This document shows, one piece after another, positions 12,564 through 25,146 of a DNA stretch of 64,000 bases. A program made the translations under genes and the position numbers. The notes beneath the pieces were generated by a model. The model saw nothing but the letters and a program-made list of their open reading frames with translations. It had not been told where the DNA came from and searched no databases. Each line of letters starts with the position of its first letter. Positions within the stretch are counted from its first letter, which is position 1. The stretch covers positions 2,976,001-3,040,000 of the forward strand of contig CM039005.1 of NCBI GenBank assembly GCA_017499595.2, read 5' to 3'. Origin of the DNA: Psilocybe cubensis. Its lineage: Eukaryota.

Positions 12564-15500
12564 TCACGTTAATCTTTTACAATAATCCGGATTTCCTTTA
12601 GGGTTCTACGAGCGCAGATAACCATAAATGCACAGTCACAGAAACAACTGGAATGCTTCTGCTTACCAATGCCCAGTTAGGGAATGGAATAACCTTGCCG
12701 CTACCACCTCCTACGGCGAAGGTGTACACAAACACCATGATCTTGAATCTAAGTCAGCTTTAAAATCAGATATAAGCACTATAGATTTCACGAACTGATG
12801 TTCCCCCGTCAAGGGCAGCGCTAAGAAGGAAGCTAGATTTGGGGGTATGTTCAATGAGACGGTCAACATAAAGGCAAAGTACATACTTGTACTTTCTGAA
12901 CCATGTTGCTCGATATCTAAATTATGGTTAGTAAAGTTTTGAGTTATGACACGTATATCTTACGTACTTGCGAAGGTAGTACTGAGAGAAGACAGCCAAC
13001 AAGAAGGACGTGAAGACGCTGGAGTTAATTCCGACGCTCAAAATACCGAGTTCAGCTATGGAATTCGGGAAGATTTAAGAGAGGGCCCTCAAAAATTTAA
13101 GAATACACATACCGACAAGGACCGGAGTAAAGACAAGATTGAAGCCAACCTTGGGGTACTTCCGATGCAGTAGCCAGAATGGAATTGGGAATCCAAGGCC
13201 AACCAAAAGCATGTAGGGCACAAACTGACAAGAAGGTCAGCATCATCGTGGACAAGGGTTGATGGTTATGCATACACCATATCGAGTACCCGTCGCGTAA
13301 AGAGGCTTTCCAAGCGCTCCCCAAGCAATCGCAGCACTGTTGTAAGATTGAACCTATACGGGTACGTCTAAGAATGCTAATTTTTTATCGGTACATGAAC
13401 ATCTTTCTTACCTGTTGTCCAGACCATACATTGGTTCCCTGAACACTTCGCAGAACATCTCGTTGAGCGCTGACTACAGTCTAATATATTTATATTCAGC
13501 AGGAGTTGGAAGCCATAGATTGTTGTTCAAACCTTCATGATTACGAAGTTTAATAAACCGCCCTAGTCGTTACGAGTCAGTCTCTGGAATGATGTGAAGT
13601 TGAGTATAGGACATACAATGATTGTCCCAATAATTTGCACTGTGAAAGTCACCCTCGGCGGTAGTTTACAATATTGCCCCTACACCCATGTTTGTTACCC
13701 AGCTAGATCAAGGAGATTTGTTGGCGACCCACCAGTTTCAGGTCCCGGAGAAGATTAAGTGACTGAACAACGGGATTGTATCCATACATCGTGAAATACA
13801 TGTTTGCCACTGGTTTCCCTGGGACTAATGCACCGCCTAACATCTTTGAACGACCAATATGATAAATGAAAAAGTAAACAATAGACAAGGGAGGACATAC
13901 CTGAACCATATTTTCAATACTCGGTGCGTAACCCACAGTTGCATTGAGCTAAATAGCACCAGTTTTAGCAGTAAAACGAATCGATAGAATAATTAAACTA
14001 CCGTTCCGATGATTGGCACAAACATCCATGCAAAAATCAGTGCAACAAAAAGTGCCCACCAAGGAAGACCTGACTTTGCCGCATATGTCGTTCCGAGAGC
14101 GATTCCCGTCGTAGCGACAAAAATGGCAAAGTACCACCAATTCGAAATCTCCTTGTAAATCTATGGGCACAGTTATAAATCAGTAGCGTTAGAGGGGAAC
14201 TCCAGGTTCTCGCACCTTCATCTTCTGGTAATGGGGGTCAGGACATTCAGATGTCTATAATATGTTCAACGTGTGTATCTGCTTGTCGATCAAAAAAATA
14301 CCAATTACTGACTCGATATTCGCTTATAATCTTGTAGATGGTCTTGGAATGCCAAAGGAAGAAATGTGTAATAGCGGCTATAACAATGAAGGTATAAAAT
14401 AAATATCAAACGTCCTTGCCTTGCACGTACCGCCTATATACATCGTCCTGCTGACCTTGTACAATAATTGTGATGCCGCATACCACGGAAGCCCCTAGCT
14501 CTCTGTATCAATGAAGGTGTAATTGTGACATCTTTCTCAGATACTTACTTGAGCGGCCAGCTTATCGGGGTTCAAAGTAAAATCATCGTTCAGGATAGAC
14601 AGTTGATCATATTCCGTTCCTGAAATGTTAAAATTACGCTGTAAAAATGCAGATATTTCGGATAGATTGCACTGACCGTTCTCATAATATAGCAATTGCG
14701 TCAGGAACGGGAAATTCTGAGTGTTCCATGTATTCCTTGCATAGCATGCACAAAAAGCAATTCTGTCGATAATTGGGGTCAGTGGCATTCGAGAAAGACG
14801 CCGAAAATAATGAAAAACAGTTTTCACTCACATGCAGACGGCCGTACCTCCATACAAGGAGAGCTGGGTTGATAATGGTGTGAACAACGACCCGATTGAG
14901 CCACCACCTGCTCCCACGTATGCCCAATCGAAACAAATGGAGAACACTCCAAGGCCTTCATTTCCTGCCGCCCCACCTGATTATAGGGAAGTACAGGATC
15001 AGAACATATATACAGATTTGCATAAGCTTGATTAACCAAATATACGAGTGAACCAAGCATTTTTTTGGTTCGCTAGACAGAAGATGCTAATGCCAGTGAG
15101 CGTTCTGTTTGAAAAATGTCAACATTGGGTTCACGTGACTGATCTAAAAATAGAGTGTACGAACGGGGCAATATATTCCTAATTTGCATGAAGTCACGTC
15201 AGAATGATGTCATTGTCCATGAGCAGTATTTAGGATTCCTTACAGGGAACCATTCCCAAACGAAGATAGCAACAAAAATGATCCAGAAAAATCGTAAGCG
15301 CTTTCTTTGCATGATTGCCTCTTGTCCTCGATGAAGGGCATCAAAGAGTTGGACAGTTGGCATAAGCTGCGGATACACGGCAAAGGTAGGATATACCAAG
15401 AAACTCCTCATTACGCCTTGAGGAAAATCAGCTATAGGTTTAACCAAAATAGGTCAAGGAGCCACAAACCGGCCGTTCCATATCCAATCAACTGTGAACC

Positions 15501-16528
15501 AATCAACCTGTCCATTCACTTGGTATTAATGATGGAATACTACTTGAGGGTTCATTGCTTACGTGAATATGCCCACAGCGGCGTTCGGTCGAACGTTATA
15601 GTATAAATCTTGAGCTGCAAAAATGCTAATTGCCAGAGCTGAGGAAGACGCAGTCGTTGCCATGATAGTAATGGCTATATGCTCTTTGATATCTGTACTT
15701 AACTGAGCCGGTGTAGGAATGTGTGGTCCCGGCACAAACACTCACTAAATGGGCCCGGATTCATGAACCTTGTTGGAAGCGAAATGGTTGGTATTATAGA
15801 CATGTATCAGTAATTCATCTACTTACCTCCAAAATGTGTTGTTTTTTGTCCTGAATCTTGATTTATTTCCAGGGCCTGGTATTATCTCTTCCATTGCCTG
15901 GAGTGATCAACTTTCAGACAGCAGTTTACATAGCAGTTTTGCTTGAGTTCCACCTTGCCCATCACATAGGATATAATCTGTAAAAAGAGCTGGCTAACTT
16001 GAACCTGATGTTGTCATTGGAATAGATTTGAGAAGATGGCAGAATGGCTCAAACCGCTTGAGGGCGAAAGTACTATGAACATACGGAAGGTAAGATACAT
16101 ACAGCTTGACGAAAAAAATACGCACAAATATTTGACCCAGTACAGCACCAAAGCACGACAGCCCGAGGGAGAGGAACCACATCCGGAAGGTCCATATCGG
16201 AAGACTAGGATCATCATCGAGTGATATCAAGCGCATTGAGTAGTCAGCGTCAGTTTCTAAACATTTTACAGCCCACCCATTAGTATAAACTATGATTTGA
16301 ATAAATTGTCCTACCAATGGGCCTCTCCTTTCCATCTTCACCAAGATCAATAAGCCGTGGACCGTCAGAAAAGACTTCCCCGATAGACATAGAGTCTATT
16401 TTCGCTATCTCAACTTCTTTATCGTCTCCATAGTAGGCCTTTTCGTTCGAATATTCCGGTGCAGCATGAGCAATAACCTCCTCATGAGTAGGCAAGTTGC
16501 CTTCGAGTGGTGATGATATCTGAGACAT
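12564..16528 (-). CDS. OPT-family oligopeptide transporter
   Basis: Motifs DDDPSLPIWTFRMWFL, NPGPF, KEHIAITIMA, GYGTAG, FVWEWFPEYIAP, NEGLG, LLRDLKLGQYCKLPPR and SAALDGG. Ends PFPNWAL|NPKGNPDYCKRLT*. Confidence 0.92.
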
Positions 16529-17181
16529 GGCTAGAACCATGTTAACGGAAAACGGTTTCAAAGTATGCTATATACTCTACACTATATCCTTTGAGCTCCA
16601 AGTTGCACATGTAAGAAGGTCGATAAGGATCATTTGACCATAATGTCGTTTTACTACGCGAAGGTGTAGCGCCAAGCCATCAAAGATTGGGTTATAAATA
16701 AACTGAAGGCTAATGCCAAAGCGCCAACTTGCAAGCTGAACGAAAATCAGTACTTTCGCATTCTTAAAAATCAACCACTGTCTTTCGATTATCAAATACA
16801 CTCATATATATCTCATATATATTATTTTTGTATTCAACTGGGACAATATGTGCCGGGTGCTCCTTAGATTAAGGCTGAAATAAATTGCTTTAATTTGGGT
16901 ACAGGCATCAATTCACCGACTTTTGCACCGGAACATTCAAATCAACGGCCAAACTACCGACAAACGTTGAATAGTTTATCCTGACAAGAGGGTATTTGCA
17001 CACGTAATAGAGAACCATATGGCCTTGTAAAGAACGATTATATCCACATATTTCTAATCATTTGCTCAGATCGATATTCCGGCTCAATCATACTGAAGTT
17101 AGAAAGAAATCCAGTTTAACTCCATTGAAGACCTCATCATAGTAAGGATGACGATATCAAGTGTCCGTCCGGATAGCTTGG

Positions 17182-18398
17182 AATATCTAAAAATAGTCCA
17201 ATCTTCAAGTGGATGTTTCCTTACTCTCAGCCTCCATCGCGAGTAAAGACAGCAGTTGCACTACCATACACAGGTACGTTCATATTTTTGATGCTTTATG
17301 TTCACAGGTCGATTGACGTTGGAAATTCCTAGCTTTGCAGCAAACCGGCACCTACGTTTAGCATCTTTCACACAGTCTAATATTTCCTGCTGGTTTCATA
17401 CCCATGGGCCGGACAATTGTGCTCCGGCAGGCTTCTGATCACTTTTAACATCATCCAAATCGTGTACATGAATGAGTAAAGATATCTCTTTAAATCTTTC
17501 GCGACCTAACAATATTGCACATGTAACTATTTACCTCTACAAGGTCAAACATCCCGAGTTCCTAGAGAAAGATTTGTGCCAATAGGGAACATGACTTATA
17601 GAAAGCATTAAAGAGCGTCAGAAGGACTCAGATGGTTCAAAAACTACCCTCATGAAAATCTTCCCTATACTCTCCGCATTCATAGGCTTTGCGTTTGCGT
17701 CTACTTTGGCGCAAGTCAATGCTGATGTATCTAGCCTTTCCGCGTTTGCTACAACCTACGATAATGACATTATAGCTCTTCCGGCGAGCTCTCCGTCGCC
17801 TAGCAGCCTTATGGTCAGGACATTGCATGGTACACAATTATATGTTATTTTAACGTACCAAATTATAATCAGCAAATTCATACCGACGCACAAGTCCTTA
17901 CCATTTCTCTTGCTCAGCTAGCCTCAGATTTGAAGGTCAATTCCAGCTCTGTTCCAGCCCGAATTCGGTTGATATATTACAGCAGAGCCTTCCTTTACCC
18001 GTTAACGAAGACGATCTCATTTCATTGTTAATAACGATCTCAGACTCCTATATACCTCCTATAACGGACGCCTTATCAGAAATTTCTCTCAAGAAACAAG
18101 CCATTGCTAGCGCGTCCATCGCAGCATTTCCTTCGATCATATTAGATGATCTTTTGACACTAAACGCCAGTAACTCGAACCTTGAAACCACTTTTCTTAC
18201 AACATTCCCTGGGGTGAGAAATAGCGGCATTGTCATGCAGCTCATAAAATTGTTGACCACTCTTAACAGATAAATTGTCACACCACGGTCGTTGACTCCG
18301 CATTTGCGAAGGCCATAGCTGTCTATAGCAACTAAAATTTGTACATCTACAAAATATATACGGGTCAATTGGGGTGTAGTATTTCGAAAATACAGATT
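17182..18398 (+). repeat. Left arm of a ~1.2 kb inverted duplication (partner ~33231..34448)
   Basis: aatatctaaaaatagtccaatcttcaagtggatgtttccttactctcagcctccatcgcgagtaaagac at ~17182 matches the reverse complement of ~34380-34448. Similarity continues through the promoter, the gene and the 3' UTR (tatacgggtcaattggg). Confidence 0.9.
17652..18335 (+). CDS. Secreted HsbA-like protein, family 2 copy 1; 4 exons
   Basis: MKIFPILSAFIGFAFASTLAQVNADV...|QIHTDAQVL..|SLPLPVNEDD...TFPG|INCHTTVVDSAFAKAIAVYSN*. The VDSAFxxAIAxY C-terminus is typical of basidiomycete HsbA-like proteins. Confidence 0.8.
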
Positions 18399-18837
18399 CC
18401 CGCTTTGGTTGTAATGTTTTTCCTGGATGGGGTGGGGCATTATCTCCTGAAACTGACACGATACCTCGTGTGCGTCGGGAGAAGAATGATAGGCAGTTTT
18501 TTATAGCGCGATATCGAGTTTCTCTCACAAGTTCACGGTTCAACTGTCTCAAGTGGTGAATAAAAAGCGCATCATGATGAGATGTTTCAAGGACCTACGG
18601 GGTCTTTGTACCTGCATAGATATAATTAGTTGATAGAAACGCGATGTGTTTGATACACCATAGCGTCGACTATTGTGTCAGCCATCCATTCACAATCTTC
18701 AAGGCAGCGTGGCTATGAATATGCTAAACGGTTCTCATGCCCGAATATGCGGTATTATACAACACGGTTATGGGTATAGTTCCTTCTACATACTACAATG
18801 TCCGTCCATATGCAAGTTAAGCAACTTTATACGCCCT

Positions 18838-20137
18838 TCAGACCGATGACTTATCGTGCCAACGTCCAGATTGCATCTGGGAGATATCGGACCCCTCCAG
18901 CACAAAGCCCTCCGGTTTAGATTCGTTTAGTGTGTTGGAATGATTTGATGCATCAACAGTCGAAAGTGGTTTGATAAACTTCATACTGACGGACTCCGCT
19001 TCTTTGGTGTTCCCTGATAGAAGCTGTTTAGTGGTTTTATCAGTCCAGGCCTTTCCGTATGCAACTCTGTACGTGATAAGAAGTGGAGCAATGATCTGGG
19101 GTATTTTGATAGATATCAGTGTTAGCAATGGGAGTGATACAGTTTAAGCGACTTACCTGAACCTCTCCTAACATCTGAATAAACGTATTTTGAATGGGAT
19201 GGTTAAGAGCGAAGGGGACTAAGAAACACAGTGAGAAGACAGAGTAGATTGCCGCAGATTCCACAAGCATTGCAGCAATGCTGGTATAATGCGACCCATG
19301 CCTTCCTCCCAACACCTTCACCATCCTTCTGCGGAAAACAAGCAGTCTCGCGCAGATAGCTATAGTCATGGTCATATTAAGAGCCAGTGACAACCAGAAG
19401 TATGGCGCAGTAAAGTTGATGCTCCCAGCTACCCAAGGTGAAGTGGCAGAAATCTGCGTTAGCCACAGTATTCCAGTGGCTATAACGATAAGGCATCAAA
19501 AAAGGACAAAATTGTGATGGGCGCTCATACGCACTAACGGATCCGAGGTATGCAATGGCTGGAATTCCCATGACCAGATAGGGGGAGAACCTACACCCTC
19601 TGTAGATGACCATACATCGATACACCTGTGGATACAGCCATGAAAATTGATTTCAGAACGACCTCTGCATTGAATACTCACAACCATCCCATCCGCAAAC
19701 CAATTCGCCAAAACATACGCCACATTTGCTACTTCATCTACCGGAATGGAAAATTCAACTTCTTCAAAGGTGGCTGCAACGAAGCGGATCCGGTATCCTT
19801 TTCATCAGACTAAGCGAGTTTTAAAAATGCTGTACTGCGCACCTGGGCCTCCAGGGATGTTCCGATAGTCAATGAAGCTCAACTGCGTCATTTTCGAGCC
19901 TGAACCAATAATCAAAGTACCCAGGATGAATATAAGTGATATGTAGATTATCAGCGGAAGTTTGGACGCGAGATTCCTTTTGTTTGTCGTCCGTATGAGC
20001 TGTACGAAGGACATCATGAACAATGTGAAGACAATCCCGTAGGCGACTGCCGAAAGAATGATGCCAGCCAACCATGTCCGTTCATTCAAGATCGTGGCCG
20101 CATCCTCCTGAGGCCTCCAACTAGGATCCAACGACAT
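18838..20137 (-). CDS. Multi-pass (probably 7TM) membrane protein of an expanded agaricomycete GPCR-like family
   Basis: About 7 hydrophobic segments across the exons. Motifs NWFADGMV|MYRCMVIY, AAMLVESAAIYSV and QIIAPLLITYRVAYGKAW, followed by a polar C-terminal tail. Confidence 0.75.
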
Positions 20138-20500
20138 CGAGCAGAGGGTTTATGAAGGAAAGAATGACAGGAAGGATTGTAGCCGACTGCGCCGCTCACA
20201 AACCGAACCTCGGTATATGAGGGTTTACATAGGCTTTGCTGTCGGTTCCTCGCTGGTTGCCTTGCTGGTTTGACGGGTGTCGGACAAAATCCAGTGACCA
20301 GGGAGTTTTGGGCTAATAATGGAAAAAAGGTCTAAATTTAACGGAAAGGAACGCACAGACACCGGTACATGTGAATCATGGGAGAAAGATTCTGAACGAA
20401 TGTATTTCGGCTGTCATTCCATCCTCCATCACCCGACATTGTACCGTGGCCTAAAATATACTATTTCCCAGATCACATGCTAGCCTGTTACGCAGTAGTG

Positions 20501-21153
20501 CTATCGGTCTTTCACCTAATGTTGCCCATTAAAACTGACAAATTTATTAGTAGGGAATAGTACCTTTGAATGAGCCTTGAAGTTTTGTTCCGCTTCCGAA
20601 TAGACTTGGGTCCAATCGAAGCAAAGAGTATTATAAGTCCTTGAAGCAGTCGCTGCCGAGTTCTTCGCATTCTCCAGACCGGTATTCAAATTGCACAGAA
20701 GACTTTGTCGCAGATAATTCATGCAATGTCGAGTGAGGGATGATATGGGTTGTGAGGCATCATTGAGGTATTCTTGACGAATGACGTCTAGACATTTCAG
20801 CTGGTGGAATAAGGTAACGGTATACTTCTCCTTCCCTATATGAACTAGATGTCCGCCAGAAGGTAGCAGACTTCGATACTCCTCTTCACTATCAGAAGAA
20901 TTGATTCGATAATGTGTAGTCGACCCGATCAGCATCGCTACGGGCTCTCCTCGTTGTTTGAGAAGTGAGTGATCTAGAGTTGGATAATGAGCGCAATACA
21001 CCTAGTCTTCCATGGGGAAGCAATACCAGAAGCCGAGGGCCAGGAATTCCAGTACGATGCTGTAAGTATCCGAAAAACGCTCAGGGAGATGGCCATTGGT
21101 ATAAGGATTGTGGTGAGGGCGCTATGCCATGACCATTTCTTCGATACCGCCAT
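20501..21153 (-). CDS. DUF3328/UstYa-like oxidase with degenerate HxxHC motifs
   Basis: N-terminal TM anchor (MAVSKKWSWHSALTTILIPMAISLSVF), then an intron, then VTLFHQLKCLDVIR, LTRHCMNYLRQSLLC and TLCFDWTQVY. Probable last intron gives ...HSK|VKDR*. Confidence 0.85.
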
Positions 21154-21249
21154 CAATGCATAGGGAAGACATCACAAAGCACGCTTCAGACTTAAATATT
21201 AGCGAACAAAAAAGTCACAGGCTCTTGATTCTTTACTCGAAACTCCACC
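21154..21249. promoter_or_regulatory. Very short shared intergenic region between the divergent DUF3328 genes (probable bidirectional promoter or overlapping 5' UTRs)
   Basis: Only 96 bp separate the two start codons. Confidence 0.55.
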
Positions 21250-21891
21250 ATGAAAACTCTGTCAACATTTCTAGCTGGAGTTGTCCTGCTCAACCTATCC
21301 TTAGTAGCTTGGAATTGTTCGAACATACTTATACGACAAAAGAAAGGTATAACAATATGACCTCCTTCAAATTATCAAAATTCATGAAGCGTCAATTTAG
21401 ATTCTTACTCGTATATCGGAGAAGACTTTCCCTTCTTCCACCCATCCTTAACAAGGGAATATACCTCCTTGACGTATCAGGAGAGCATTCGGTTCGGTTA
21501 CAACTCAGAAGACAAAACCGAAGCAGCGATATGGCGTTCTCTGACGAATCAGCCAGGAGGATTTGGAAGGGCTCACCTTGGGGATCAAAGAAGATCTTTT
21601 TTGTTCACGTTCTACCACCAGTTTCATTGCATTTCTCAGTTTCACAGAGCTCTACAAAATAGAGCAGACGAAATAGCGACGTCGGAACACGTTGATCATT
21701 GTCTTCAGTATCTGCGCCAAACGCTGCTCTGCTCGGCTACGAACACTTTAGAACGCGGCGACTTCATGAAGCGCAATTTTGATACGGATCGAGTTGGCCC
21801 CGAATCTGGATGCGTAAACTGGGAAACTATATTTGGAGAGATAGATAGGAGTTGGCAGGACTTTACACGATGGAGAGAATTATGGAACTGA
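21250..21891 (+). CDS. DUF3328/UstYa-like oxidase with two canonical HxxHC motifs; 2 exons
   Basis: MKTLSTFLAGVVLLNLSLVAW (TM or signal), then |DSYSYIGEDFP...FYHQFHCI...EHVDHCLQYLRQTLLC...CVNWETIF. Confidence 0.92.
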
Positions 21892-22315
21892 GTCTATGAA
21901 TAGATATCCTGTTTGGGTCGACACCGAGTAGTCCAGTGGTGAGAAAGTTCAAGCTCCGCAATCTCTACTATCTATTTCGGAGACCGGGTGATATTTCAGC
22001 TCACTCACGCCCATCCTGTTTGGCATTCCTCTGGCAACACATGCATCTTTGTCGGCTGTTTGATTTATCTCAGGACCATCAGCTCGGGTTCGAGGTTCCT
22101 TTGGAAGCAAAGGACTATTGAATGTAATTACTAGTGTCTGAGACCTTCATTGTCTGTCTCAGGGGGGTGCCGACGCTCGGTCATATGCAATTCCCCAATC
22201 TGAGCTTCATTAGTGCCTATTCTCAGAAAAGTAATAACCGAATTTTGCGGGATGAAGGTCTGGTTAAACTTTGTATCCTCTTTTGTTGAAGCTTCCCATC
22301 ATTCCCTCACAGACT

Positions 22316-23493
22316 ATGATGAGCGAGACAACAGGGTTTGTAGAGTTTGTAGTCTCAAACAAAGTATTCCAGACATGGTACAAGGTAGTTGGGGACCTTT
22401 CAAGCTCGAGACGACGGCCATTAGTCGTACTACATGGTGGCCCTGGCCTAACACATGACTATATGTTGTACGTGTCGATTGATGCTGTCATTCAAATACA
22501 TTGTCACTAATTTTCATCTTAGGCCTCACCGCAAACTCTCAGAGGAAGGGTAATTCCAGTTAGTTATTGACCTCCAATATTTTGTCTTATTATTCCCAGT
22601 ATACCTGTGGTTTTCTTCGACCAGCTTGGCAGTGGAAAATCGTCTCATTATCGCGAAGCTCCCATCGACTTCTGGAAACCTGAGCTATTTGCGGATCAGC
22701 TCGATGGTCTAGTTCAACATTTAAAAATTAGCGACAACTTTGATCTTTTGGGTCACTCCTGGGGAGGTATGTCGCCGTCGTCAGATACTTGGGATGGATG
22801 CAATAACTGCTGCAGGCTTTTTAGCTGCATATTATGCCGCCAATCGACCTCACAGTGGCTATCGCTCTTTAATTCTGGCAAATGCACCCGCATCAATCCA
22901 TCTTCTTGAAAAGGGCCTCAACCTTCACCTTGACCAGTTTCCAAAAGAATTTGCAGATATGATGCGGAGACACGAATCAGAGAATACCACCAACTCTCCC
23001 GAATACTCCAAGGGGATATCACAGTTTGTATCAAAACATCTTTGTTCTCTGAGTCCCTGGCCGCAGGAGCTCAGAGATTCATTTGCTGCGAACGGGAAAG
23101 ATCCAACCGTTTCTAATTCCATGTGAGTGTGAGTCTATGTCAGTCAGTGGGTAACATTAAGCGATATCAGGATGGGCCCGTATCAATTCAAGATAACTGG
23201 CACTCTGCGCCCGTACTCGACAATCGATCAGCTGGGTAACATCAAAGTCTCAACTCTGGTGATTCATTCTCCCTTGGACGAAGTACATCAAATTGCCATA
23301 CAGCCATTTTTAAAGCATATCCAGCGTTGTGAACTACAAGAGCTACGTAATAGCACCCATCTACCCATGTTCGAGGAACCCGACAGGTAAATTTTCATTT
23401 ACTCCGTCATGACCGCTGTAGCATCACACTGACCCTACCCGTACGTCAAGGTACTTCGCAACATTGTCATCTTTTCTTTCGAAGAACGCATAA
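22316..23493 (+). CDS. Proline iminopeptidase / L-amino acid amidase-like alpha/beta hydrolase (peptidase S33), copy 1
   Basis: Motifs [20 protein letters not shown], nucleophile [12 protein letters not shown] and [11 protein letters not shown]. Confidence 0.9.
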
Positions 23494-23605
23494 TTGTGGT
23501 ACAATTAATCTAAAGAATGATAAGCAGGCCTTCGGTTGACCATGTGAGCCAAGTCTGTACACGTAGGGGGCGGTCCAAGGAGAGACCAGGAGAGACCCTG
23601 AGACG

Positions 23606-24657
23606 TTACAAAGTTGAATGCTGAACTATGAATATGCCTTAAAAATTGGAAATCAGACGCTAGTGTTACCAGGGAGGCAGAAAATTGAAAGCCATTGAGG
23701 ACATACCGTGAGTTGGATCATCGTCTTCTTTATTTTGCCACCATTCCATAGAGCAGGAGTCGGACTCGAAGCCAACTTCGTCGGAACATTCAATTTCGAA
23801 AGTTAATACATCGTCCCATGCACAGTGAAAGGTTTCTTTCCAAGTTACAGGAACGCCAGGAGTAATTTTGACATTGGCAACGGTTGTAAGCTTCCGAGGA
23901 GAACTCGAGAAAGACAATGATTTAGTATCAATAGGTTGCCTTTGGTCTAAACGATGGATCGATACAAGGAAGGAGCCTCCAGCTGAAGCAGTCGTATTAG
24001 CCGGAATCATCAGTTTTAATTCACACTGTTCCATCCCGAAGTCAATCGCTCTAAATTGCACAATGGTAGATATCTAATGCAAAAAGGTAATCAGACGACA
24101 TTAAACGAGCTGTAGACTGTGAAGAATGGTGATACCGATGGGGATATTGCTACCCTTCTGTCTTCAGGGGACACATATCCTGTATGTGACATATATCGCT
24201 TCGGGTCGTCATCGAAGACTTTCTTGGGATATTGAGCGTCTATTTGAGCGATGACCTCGGGATAATTGAGAAGTGTCCTAGGTTCTGGTGGAGACGGTCT
24301 TCGAAGCTTTTCCAAACCAATGAAAGGGGAAGGTCGCTTGAGATTGTTATACTGGCCTTTCCTGATTATTGGAATAGAGGTGGGCGATGTGAGGTATGAA
24401 GCATCCATTGTAACTAAACAATTGACGACTGTGCACAGGAGACACACAATCACAACCCACTGGGAACTCATGACGTTGGGCTGTGGTTCTGGTCTTCGGA
24501 CGATTGTTTCTCCACAACTGTCGCATACGCATACATGCTGTTCGGATGCATCCTCTCGCGAGTGTAAGTCGGTACCAGATGGTAGTAGAGCTATTCTACT
24601 CTCTTCTGAAAGTGTCTTCTTCGACGGCCATAGTCGATGTAAAGGGTTTTTGAGCAT
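23606..24657 (-). CDS. Single-pass membrane protein with a probable But2 C-terminal-like beta domain; 3 exons
   Basis: TM segment WVVIVCLLCTVVNCLVTM, then STIVQFRAIDFGMEQCEL, FHCAWDDVLTFEIEC and MEWWQ; ends HGIFIVQHSTL*. Domain label is from recall of similar basidiomycete proteins and is unverified. Confidence 0.7.
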
Positions 24658-25146
24658 AGATTTTTTGGCCGGAGAGCAATTTCAGGATGATTAAATGGCG
24701 AGACCGAGTTGTGCCGTCGATGCAGGCAGCAGAAGACCTTCTTGATAGATGACCACCGTGAGAAACACTTTGTTGATAATCAAATACTTGCTCAGGTCCC
24801 TGAGGTGCCTTGTTGCGTTGCCACAGTGGGAGCGAACCAAACATCCGTGACTAAACGATGCTGTACCCAGGATGCCAGAGAAAGTATCTATATCAAGGCG
24901 AAATCAAATGGAGCACATGCAGCGCGGTAAAAATGATGATTCCAGAGGTCTGCTTTCGTTGTCGGGCGGGTATAAGGGAATATATCCCGCCGCCTAAGCT
25001 TCACGCTGTCGTCAGTGGTCCGTTAAGGAATCAACAGATCACATGCCGATATAGTCCAGGTCTGTTCATTAACGGCTCAGTCGCCTTGCCACTCTCTTCC
25101 AGATACCGCGATACCCAAACTGTGGTAAAATCTTCGATAGCGAATC

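Noticed and set aside
14832-15035. Pro-rich plus-strand ORF (MQTAVPPYKESW...)
   Set aside because: Antisense shadow of an OPT exon.
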